Shown here: piece after piece, positions 54,030 through 64,000 of the stretch
How positions within the stretch are numbered: the stretch's first letter is position 1
Layout: the number at the start of each line of letters is the position of its first letter
Assembly (NCBI GenBank): GCA_951406725.2
Contig: OX597824.1
Coordinates: 52,204,001 to 52,268,000, forward strand
Reading direction: 5' to 3'
Length of the DNA stretch: 64,000 nucleotides
Source: Octopus vulgaris
Lineage: Eukaryota
The notes under the pieces: model-generated
What the model was told of the DNA's origin: nothing
What the model saw: the letters and a program-made list of their open reading frames with translations, nothing else
Database searches by the model: none
Made by a program: the position numbers and the translations under genes

Positions 54030-55018
54030 TGGCAAATAAATTAGAGCAAGTTTTGAAGAGTGTAGTTCGATTTTAACAGTTATTTTTTTCAAAGCTATAA
54101 TGGAAGTGACAAAGGAGCATATTCGGCATATCTTGCTGTATGTGTTCAATAAAGGTAACAACGCAGCAGAAAGTGCGAGGAATATTAATACAGTATATGG
54201 GGATCAAAAAATAAGCCTAGAAGACGTGCGTCGTTCTGGAGATCTGTAAAGCTCAACAAGGTGTCCTACAAAACTTGGGTGAATAAAGTCTCATTGTAAC
54301 TGTTGAAGATCTAGCAGAGAAACTTAGATTTGGTCATTCAACCATTCATCGACAGCTGCGTTCCATATGAAAAGTCAAAAAATTGGGTCAATGGGTTCCT
54401 CACAAACTTTCCGAATCTAATCGGGCGCAGAGAGTAAATGTGTGCTCTTCTTTGCTGTCACGTCTCACGAATGAATCTATTTTGGACCGAATAGTGACCA
54501 GTGACGAGAAATGGGTTCTCTATAAAATGGTCAAGCGCCGAAGACAGTGGGTGGGAAATTAGTGAACTTTGAACTTTTAAACTCAAGCCAAATAATAACA
54601 AAAGAGATCTACTGCGAGCAGCGCTAGAAGAAAAAACGATCATCTTTGGTATCAAGACGAAAGGTGTTTTTCCATTAGGATAATGCTCAGCCGCATGCAT
54701 CGAGGATGACATTCCAAAGGCTGGAGTAGTTTGAATGTGAAACGTTGCTCAACCATCATATTCATCGGACATTGCTCCATCAGATTAACATTTATTCCAC
54801 AGTCTTCAAAATCATTTGGACGGGAAAATATATGAATTCAGTAGACGAGGTCAAAACAGTGAATTTTGGAAGAGGTTCCTTGCAAATCTACCTGATAGTT
54901 GGAAGAGCATTGTAGAAAATGAAGGAGAGTATATTTTAGATTAAAAAAGAACTCAGTTTATCTTAATTTTGAAAAAATAAAAGAAATATTTAAAAACCGC
55001 ATTATTTATGGGATAATA
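54030..55018 (+). mobile_element. Mariner (DD34D) element, degenerate and internally deleted
   Basis: MEVTKEHIRHILLY.FNKG..AAE.ARNIN.VYG; QWVPHKL; IVTSDEKWVLY; YSSDIAPSD.HLF.SLQNHL. Confidence 0.88.
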
Positions 55019-55499
55019 TATGCTAGGTATGGAAGAAACCAATAGTTCTGTTGAAGCTGAAGGCTCATGTGACAAACCTTCATATTACGTATACATTACA
55101 CTCATACACACACACACACATACACACACATACACACACTTACATACATGTTCGTGTGCATCTGTGTGTGTTTGTGTACAGCTCTTTTACGAAGGTTTTC
55201 GGAATATGAATGTGGCTATAAACATAGCTCTTGATGAATTAGCCAAAGAAACTTGCAGGGGATAAATGTTGAAATTCATCTGCAAGGCTCAAACAACGCA
55301 TATACCCTATACCAGCTAGTTATGGTACAATTACACCAATGTGGCTCTGCAACTTCCGAAAGGCCAACTTCTTATCTTACAAGCAAGACAGGAAGTTTAG
55401 TTACATTTAGATTGAAATTAAGAACGATTCAAAAATATGATAAATCTCTTTTACGAAGCTGCTTCATTGTACTTATAAATAATAACTCAAAATATATTG

Positions 55500-55685
55500 G
55501 TTTCTAATTTTGGCAATTTAGGGGAGGAAGTAAGTCGTTTACATCAAATCCAGTACTCAACTCTTCTTATTTTATCGATCTCAAAACAATGAAAGGCGCT
55601 ATTCGAACTCAGAACGTAAAGACGGGCGAGATACTGCGAAGCATTTTCTCTCAACCTGCCAACGAGTCTGCCAGCTCGCCTCCTT
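55500..55685 (-). mobile_element. SINE A (degenerate)
   Basis: ...TGAAAGGC...GAACTCAGAACGTAAAGACG...CTGCCAGCTCGCC. Confidence 0.75.
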
Positions 55686-57180
55686 AATATTTTAAAAATA
55701 TTAATTGCAAAAATATTTGGATGGTTGAAAGTCAGATGTGCATCTTTTTTTTAAAGTGTAATGGTATCGCTACCCTCCGGGATACAAAAGATGTGTGGTT
55801 CGAGGCCGATAGATGGTTGTTCGTCTTTTCTCACTAAGGAGCATTGTTTACCCAATATATTCTGGTCTGCTATTTATAACTACAATCATGTGTGTGTACA
55901 TGTGTTTATGGGTGCAAGTGTTTGCATGTGCGTGCATAAGTGTGTCTGTACTTGCGTGTGAGTGTGTGCGGGGTGGTGGCAGTACATGTTTACTTGCGTA
56001 TGTTTAGCTATGTCTCTCTTTACATTGACCTGTCTTAGTGAAGACATAAACTATGTCCGAGTTCTAACATTTTTGTTAGTTTGTTTTCCGTATATTCCTA
56101 TTAGTTCCTAACAGTTCTATGGAAACAATAAGGTTTCTAAATCCATCACAATTGTCACTATTATTCGAAACGAAATGTAAGGAACTAACGCACGCATAGG
56201 AAAAAAATTGGGGAAACAAAAGCAAATTAAAACTAGAAGTCTTGTTTTCAGTACTAGAAAAAATGCAGATAAATACGTGTATGTGTACGTGCGTGTGTGC
56301 GTGTGTGTGTGTGTATGTGCGTGTGTGTGTGTGCGCGCGCACGTGCGTGTGTGTGTATATCGTATTCCATTGTGTGTGTGTTTGCATACACGCTCGCGCG
56401 CGCTCATATTTGTTTACAAATTACCAACGCGTTCAAGTATTCACACTCCCACACAATGTTTGTTGATTGTTCAAGTAGACAGCAAAGAATTTAGAGTCCG
56501 ATGCCTTGGGTAGATTTCTTGGAAACCAATGACCGGAAGTGAACTATTATAAAACCGAAAATAAAGTAAATAAAATGAAAATGAAGACAATAAGGGAGAA
56601 AAAGAAAGGAGTCATCTACTTTCAGGAAAGACTATCGCTTGAAAAGACTGTTTAAAAGAAAGCTGGCGTGTACGCTTGGCAGGACCATATGGAAACTATA
56701 TATATCGAACATGTGAAAACATTTTAGTAAATCATGGAAGCTGTATGTTATGAATAAGAAGGAAAATGGAGATCGCTCTCTATCCTGTCCACATGTTCTC
56801 CCTGTCTCTCTAAATGTGCGTTATTTTCACGGTAAAGGCTTTGTTTTCGGAAGTTTATGAATTACTGCTGAATAAAGAAATATTCCCGTTGTTATTGTCG
56901 TTGTTGTTTTTATAGTTTGGGATGTGTGGGTGGAATTCCTCAATTAATTAAATATTGTTATACCCGTACTGAAAAATAAATAACAACTACAACAAAAACG
57001 CCAACAACAAAAACAGCACCAGGAAAACTTGTCCCGTTTTCTTGAATTCACTTCCGAATTTGTCAGAATTGAATTTTCTTTAATGTGATAAAATGTGAAT
57101 TATTTTCTTCATTCTGTAATAGATTTCTTTCTACAACTGTTAAAATAGATCCAAGTTATGTACAAATTTTGTATTTATTA

Positions 57181-58520
57181 TCTCTCTCTATATAAAATTC
57201 TTTGTCTCTCTCTTCCATATACATTCTCAAACGGCTCTACCAACTCAATCAAATTTTACAACGAATTACACCCCACGAGTGTCAACATGTAACTTTTATT
57301 TTCATTTCGATTAAAACATTATAACATTTTCTCGAAAATAATCTTTTTATTGTCAGCTACAATAAAATTTATACCACGACGACTGCGACGTTACATTTTG
57401 TATATGAGAGTGTATGTGTCTGTGAAAGTGTGTGTGTTTGCGCGTTCGTTACGTGTTACATACTGAAGGGCATTTTATACCACGACGATGACGACGATAA
57501 CACATTTTGTATATGCGTGTGTATGTGTCTATCAGTGCGTGTGTGTTTGTGCGTTCGTTATGTACGACATAGTAAAGAACATTTTATATAACCACCGCCA
57601 CCACGACACATTCTATATATGAGTGTATATGTGTCTGTGAGTGTGTGTGTGGGTGCATGTTCGTTTCGTAAATGTATGTCTGTGTGTGACTGTCTTAGTA
57701 TATGTATGCAAGTGCATGTGAGAGTGTATGTGTGTGTCAGTGTATGTGAGAGTGTATATGTGTGTGAGTGTATGTGAGAGTGTATGTGTGTGTGAGTGTA
57801 TGTGTGATTGTCAATTACACTGTTGTAAACTGGCTATCTGAAAGAGATATACTGGCTCCAACTAATGAAATGGTTGATAAACTCGATCATGAACTTCAAA
57901 AGTTAACAGATACACCAGAAATGACTTTTCCATCAATTCCCACAACAATCGATCAAGATCAGGCTGTTCAATACCCTGTTGAATTTCTGAACACACTTAA
58001 ACCCACAGGAATGCCACCTCAAAACTTCAAACTGAATGTTGCTTAGAAATCTTGACCCGCCTCACCTGTGCGATGGAACTCGCTTAATTGTTACTTCCAT
58101 GTCCAACAGGCAACAATCATAACAAGTAGTCACAAAGAAGAAAATATCTTTATTCTAAAATTTCCTCTCGTACCTACCGAGGCTTCATTTCAATTTAAGA
58201 GGCTTCAGTTACCTATTATTTCAATTAACAAATCTCAGGGTAGTTGGACTTCATCTCTCTATTACATGTTTCTCCTACGGCCTACTCTATGTTGTTTGCT
58301 CACGAGTTGGAAGCAGCAACAATTTATTCATTTCGACACCAACAACAAATTACACAATGAATATTGTTTCCCCTTTCTTCTAAATTCTATTAAATTTACA
58401 ATTTGGATATTTTAAAATAAAATATAGATATTTTAAAATAATTATGTATCTTCATATCTATTGTTTACTAATCTGAACAAGATCGCACTAACCTGGGTAA
58501 CGCCGAGTAATTCAGTTATT
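57181..58520 (+). mobile_element. Helitron derivative with a PIF1-type helicase fragment and internal ~108-bp tandem repeats
   Basis: WLSERDILAPTN...YPVEFLNTLKPTGMPP...RNLDPPHLCDGTRL...FQFKRLQLP...INKSQG...LYVVCSRV; TC..TATATAAA start; degenerate hairpin end CCTGGGTAACGCCGAG; three TTTATA(C/A)CAC.. units at 57368-57700. Confidence 0.85.
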
Positions 58521-58648
58521 ACTTAATATAAATTCTTACAAACGGATAGAAAACTTTCAAAGACGAACACACCAGATATTAGTTGATTAGTAAGCAATTG
58601 TAAAAGTTCTATCAGTCAACAAGAATTAAAAAATGCACAATCACGCAT

Positions 58649-58732
<84 letters not shown>

Positions 58733-59039
58733 CACGCATGCACGCACGCACATCTTAAAAAAGATGATGTTACATCATAGGGGAAAAGTAATGACAAAAG
58801 AGTTACACTAGAACGCCTTTGATCATAGGTCTTGCAACGAGCCTCACGTAGGCAACAATAACGGCAGCACCTTGAACACCACACACAATGTTAGCAACAA
58901 GAAGGGTTGTACTTCGCGAATTGTTGAATGTGAGAGGCTAGCATTTCCGACATTTGAATTTTCTCACTAAAGTCTCACATTCATTAAATATAGATAGTGT
59001 GATTGCTACAATTAATTATTAATTAAGTAAAATCTCTGT

Positions 59040-59201
59040 CTCCCTCTTTATTCTCTCGCTGTTGATTTTCTCGTGTTCCTTTCTGTTGAAGAGCGTAGGC
59101 TTGAAACGTAAAATACTTTATCACTTTCCCGAGGGTTAAACTACTACACCTGTTTGTTGTTTATACACTTGTCTACGTGTTTTGTTTTTTTGTAAATTCC
59201 A

Positions 59202-59203
<2 letters not shown>
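59040..59203 (+). mobile_element. Penelope-like terminal fragment with degenerate hammerhead (59083-59113)
   Basis: CTGTTGA-A-GAGC-GTAG-GCTT-GAAAC-GTA; same layout as the motif at 20925; ends at (TG)n. Confidence 0.5.
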
Positions 59204-59263
<60 letters not shown>

Positions 59264-59274
59264 TGTGTGTGTGT

Positions 59275-59406
59275 ATTCCGTCGAGGTCGTCTTTGCCTTT
59301 CATCCTTTCGGAGTCGATAAATTAACTACCGGTTGCGTACTGGAGTCGAGCTAATCGACTGGCCCCCTCCTCCAAAATTTCAGGCCTTGGCGCTAGAGTA
59401 GAAAAG
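59275..59406 (+). mobile_element. SINE A 3' half
   Basis: GAGGTCGTCTTTGCCTTTCATCCTTTCGG...CTAGAGTAGAAAAG. Confidence 0.8.
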
Positions 59407-59474
59407 TAAATGTGTGTGTGTGTGGGTGTGTGCGTGCGTATTAGGCGAGAGAAATAGTTAGCTAGCTAGATAAC

Positions 59475-59475
<1 letters not shown>

Positions 59476-59548
<73 letters not shown>
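59476..59548. repeat. (GATA)n tetranucleotide repeat
   Basis: Directly visible. Confidence 0.95.
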
Positions 59549-60143
59549 TAGGCGTATGTATCTGGGATGATCCTCCTCTTCTCGTGTTTTTTTAAGCATG
59601 GTGACTAAAGCCATGCTTAACTGTCAATAAAATGCAAACTTTTTAGAATATAGCTACAGCAAGATTAAGCTGGGCACTTGTTAGTGAAAGGAACAGCTTT
59701 CATCCGATATTTTTCACGTGTTCACGAGTCTTTTTTTAGCGGCGAGAGAAAAAGAAATCGATAGTTGCGTGTTTCTAATTCTAGATATTCATAGAGTTCT
59801 GGAATCTACCATATGGTATTTTGGACAGCTCCTTAGGCGTCAGCAAGTACCTTTTCTTAAAAGTTTCTCTTCTTTTTTCCTTTTCTAGTTTATCGTTCAT
59901 TTATTATTCTTTCCCCTCCCTCCCTCTCTTTCTCTCTTGCTCTCTCGAGTTCCCATCTCCCCTCTTTCTCTTTCTCTCACTCGTTCTCTCTCTCTTTTTT
60001 TGCTGTAAAATACGAATCTGTGAACTGACATTCTTGGAATTTTAAAAGAAAGCTTCCGGTAAAATAATAATTTAACACTCACTCAACTTCTCACATGCAA
60101 ACATACAGATACGTGTATGTAAATGTATTTGTATGTGTGTGTG

Positions 60144-60224
<81 letters not shown>

Positions 60225-60247
60225 GCGTACATGCGTGTCTGTGTGTG

Positions 60248-60321
<74 letters not shown>

Positions 60322-60514
60322 AAGAATATATACGCACACCTAGATATATACATACATGTCTAGGCATACACAAGCAGCATAAAATAGAGGTATATTTCAT
60401 AAGTACATACACAATATTTAAATCAAGAACAAGAATGTCTATGTAGCTTAATGCTGACTCCCTTACGCTCTCTTCTTTCTCTCTCGTTCATATATACCTA
60501 GATAGCTACATACA

Positions 60515-60663
60515 TACCTACCTACCTGCCTACCTACCTATTTACCTACCTATTTACCTACCTACCTACCTACCTACCTACATACATACATACATACATA
60601 CATACATACATACATACATACATACATACATACATACATACATACATACATACATACATACAT
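60515..60663. repeat. (CCTA)n grading into (CATA)n
   Basis: Directly visible. Confidence 0.95.
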
Positions 60664-62341
60664 GTGTGTATAGCTATGCATATATATATATATATATACA
60701 AGTAGTAACACATATAACTACATCAGAAATATACATGTATGTCAAACGTGTTAAATTAATGTTTTCTCACCAAATACTCACTAGATATATATATTTAGCG
60801 ACTTCCGCTGAAAAGTCTTTTTCTTTTGACTGCATAAATTCACACACTCACACACATACACACACACACACGCACACACACACACACACACACACACGCA
60901 CGCACTGACACACACACATACACACACACACAAAGTATATGCTTGTAATTCTTGAGACGGTATTAAAATAAACTCTATCTTAGGTATTGAGTGCAGTTCA
61001 ATGCGTTTGCATTTATATACTCATATACTCGCTCCAATCTTTATAATATATATTCATATACTAATGTACCCGCTCCACACTTGTTGAACCTCATCTACAG
61101 ATTCAAATTAAACAGCTGAAGTTAGAATAGCACCTTCTTGTTTTTATTCCTTGGAATTCTTCAAATGACATCTTAGAAGTTCTACACTGCATTTTATCAG
61201 AGAAAAAGTCGGAACGCATAATCAAGTAAATGCGTTTCAAAGCCTGTCTCTACGGGAAAAACTTTTTTTTGGCTCTTGTATTAATGCTAACTCCAATTCA
61301 TTTTAGTACATATAGTAGTAAAACGCTATTTCGAAAAATACACCTGTTGCATTCAAACTGAGGAATTTATTAGATCTAGTCACATCCGTTTCTTCTCATA
61401 TATGGAGTTTAAAGTATTCGTCAAAACTCGGCACATCAGAAACATTCGAAATTCAAATTTTGTTAACGTTATAAAACGAATATTATTGTATTGATAGGAT
61501 ATTTCAGTCTTTTAAATACTTTTCGACTGGTTTCTCCAACCAATAATATTTAAAACTTATCGACATGAACTTCTTACTGCCCATTTCTGTTACTCTAACA
61601 TGCACGTGTTTCCTACAATTAATACACTATTTTCTTTGTTAACTATACATTAGCATTCCCATAGATACATTTGTGTATACATGTTTATGAAGGTGCATAT
61701 TGGTATATATGTTAACATGTGTGTGTGTATCTGATCTGCCTGTCCTATATATGTCTAATCTGGTCAAAGCACTTGCTAGAGAGTTTACAGGTCATAAACA
61801 AAACCTATCATAAGACGGGCGGAGTCAGGATAGGATCGGGAACTATTTAGCAATAATGCGCGTGACATAGAAATATACGTGATGGTTAACACACGAACTA
61901 TAAGCCCAACATTCTTGCGACAAACGCTCAATTATTGTCAGGACATCTGTTTAGGGCGTTACAGTGTTGCTAGAACTGAGTATCGTTCGATGTCTTGTTT
62001 CCCCAGGAAATATTGGACCATTTGAATGAAAGATGTTCCACTGGAAAAGTAAATACAGGTCTATGTAAGCTTCAACCGCTGTAGTCACTCAGAACCACAG
62101 ACAGTAGACAACAGACCTTTCAAATGAAATAAAATAAGATAGAATAATAATTATTATTATTATCATATCTAACATACTCAGCTTGCTGCAAGAAGTATCA
62201 TTAAAATACCAGTTGTTTGTCTTCCGTGAAGATAGGTGGTACTTTTTTCAGGAATTTCGAAAAACTTCTTGCGCTGCCAAGTAATGCTGTTTTCTAGTTA
62301 CACTATATTTTCCTTTTTATTCGTATAATACCTCCTGTAAA

Positions 62342-62733
62342 GGCGCAGGAGTAGTTGTGAGGTAAGAAGTTTACTTTCCAACCACATAGTTTCTGGTTCA
62401 ATCCCACTGTGTAGCATCTTGGGCAAGTGCCTTCTACTATAGCCTTGGGCCGACCAATGCCTTGTGTGTGGATTTGGTAGACAGAAACTGAAAGAATTTT
62501 GTAGTGTGTGTGTGTGTATGCATATTTGTGTGCATGCTTGTTCCCCCACCATTGCTTGACAACCGATGTTGGTGTGTTTACGTGCCCGTAACATAGCAGT
62601 TCGACAAAAGAACCGATAGAATAAGTACTAGGCTTACAAAGAAAAAGTCCTGGAATCGATTTGTTCGACTAAAGGCGGTGCTCAGGCATGGCCGCAGTTA
62701 AATGACTGAAACAAGTAAAAGAATAAAAGAATA
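62342..62733 (+). mobile_element. SINE B full-length
   Basis: GGCGCAGGAGTAGTTGTGAGGTAAG...GGTTCAATCCC head, internal TG repeat, AAACAAGTAAAAGAATAAAAGA tail. Confidence 0.9.
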
Positions 62734-62734
62734 A

Positions 62735-62839
62735 CCAATTTTTAATTATTTTGCTCACTGTACCTTTGGCACCAACAATTATTCGCACAATATACACTTC
62801 TTTCATTGACCACAACTGTTTCATTTCTTTCCTCAGATA

Positions 62840-62878
<39 letters not shown>

Positions 62879-62954
62879 GTCATCGTCATCGTCGTCATCA
62901 TCGTCATCATTGTCGTCGTCGTTGTTGTCATTGTTGTTGTTGTTGTTGTCGTTG

Positions 62955-63042
<88 letters not shown>

Positions 63043-63318
63043 CATCATTTTCATATAGACACAACAGATTAGAGTATTGGAAAAAAATCCTAACATCGGG
63101 CTACAACCTTTGGCACCAAGAACCCTGTTAAGTATCCGAGCTGTACCCAATAACACTGTTTTCCTCTATCCATCTGTTCAGATCTTTAAGAATATGTCCC
63201 AATGCACCTATAACTATTGAAATACATTTTACCCGCACTTTCCATAGTTTCTGTAATTCAATGCTATTTTTCTATACTTCCCATATTGATTTTTTCATCA
63301 TTTGGGTCTGTAAAGTCA

Positions 63319-63320
<2 letters not shown>
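62735..63320 (-). mobile_element. Two short R4/Dong 3' fragments (62735-62840, 63055-63320) separated by a compound trinucleotide tract
   Basis: YLRKEMKQLWSMKEVYIVRIIVGAKGTVSK and KTVLLGTARILNRVL. Confidence 0.7.
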
Positions 63321-63372
<52 letters not shown>

Positions 63373-64000
63373 TGAAGCAAACTCACAGCTGATTTTGCTG
63401 GGTATGACGGAAAGTGCCAGCTGTTCACAGCCAACAGACTAGAGTGACACTTGTTTATTGGTCATGCTTCAAGAATCCTGCGAAGAATTCTTGCAGTTCC
63501 AAACAATGCTGATTTTTGTAGGTTTTCTACCTTTGTATTTGTACCAATCCTTTTGCCCAATGTTGGCAGTTGAGTGCTGATACCTCCAAGTGCGCCAATT
63601 ACTATTGGTATCACGTCCACACTCCTCATTGACCACAACCTTCGTATATCCTATTTCAAATCGTCATAGTTATTTAGTTTTTATTCTTTCTCTTTGATCC
63701 TTTTGTCACCGGGACAAGCTAGATCGATTATTATGCACGTTCTTTTCTTTTTACCCACCACAACAATGTCCGATTTTCGAAGTATGGTCAGATGATCGCA
63801 ATGAATCATTGCATCACACAGGATTTTGTAATTTTCATTCTCAGTGACTCCTTCAGAGGTTTGCTCATATCACGTCTTAGCTCTTCGTAGGGCGTGATTT
63901 CCGTAGCTTCCAGTGGCTCATTCTTGCCACATTGCATGACGTCTTTTGTATTTGCGCTATGCCAATTTTGGGCATTCGGTAACGATGAGCCATACCGTTT
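63373..64000 (-). mobile_element. R4/Dong-clade 3' portion (CCHC/RLE), runs off the window end
   Basis: Minus strand LIVTECPK...KRRH...YKIL...RKSDIVVVGKKKRTCIIIDLACPGDKRIKEKE...LWSMRSVDVIPIVIGALG...KSALFGTARILRRILE; (TAA)n tail 63321-63372. Confidence 0.88.

Noticed and set aside
57368-57700. CRISPR-like repeat-spacer pattern
   Set aside because: Whole ~108-bp units are homologous with no unique spacers; they lie inside a Helitron in eukaryotic DNA.
57768-58415. Host PIF1 helicase gene
   Set aside because: Fragmentary, frameshifted and enclosed by Helitron-type ends.

Overview
AT-rich eukaryotic DNA densely packed with microsatellites and decayed transposable elements. The SINE families and repeat landscape look like those of an octopus (coleoid cephalopod) genome; this is inference from recalled repeat families, not a search. 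I found no host protein-coding exon, so the window is probably intergenic or intronic, and most ORF-track entries are translated microsatellites. Recognisable elements: one near-full-length but disrupted RTE-clade LINE (45.2-49.3 kb, APE+RT+three C2H2 fingers) plus a bipartite deletion derivative of it at 5.3 kb; about eight R4/Dong-clade RLE-LINE remnants, most of them in (TAA)n arrays; a Penelope-like element with an inverted partial copy and a tRNA-like 3' module; several Tc1/mariner elements and MITEs; two Helitrons; and about four tRNA-derived SINE families. Most notable unexplained structure: several type I hammerhead-ribozyme motifs in non-coding repeats next to dinucleotide tracts, a spacerless ~437-bp palindrome inside a second inverted repeat, and apparent partitioning of retroelement families among different microsatellite targets (TAA, ATGT, TA). 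Boundaries were read by eye and are approximate unless TIRs or TSDs are quoted.
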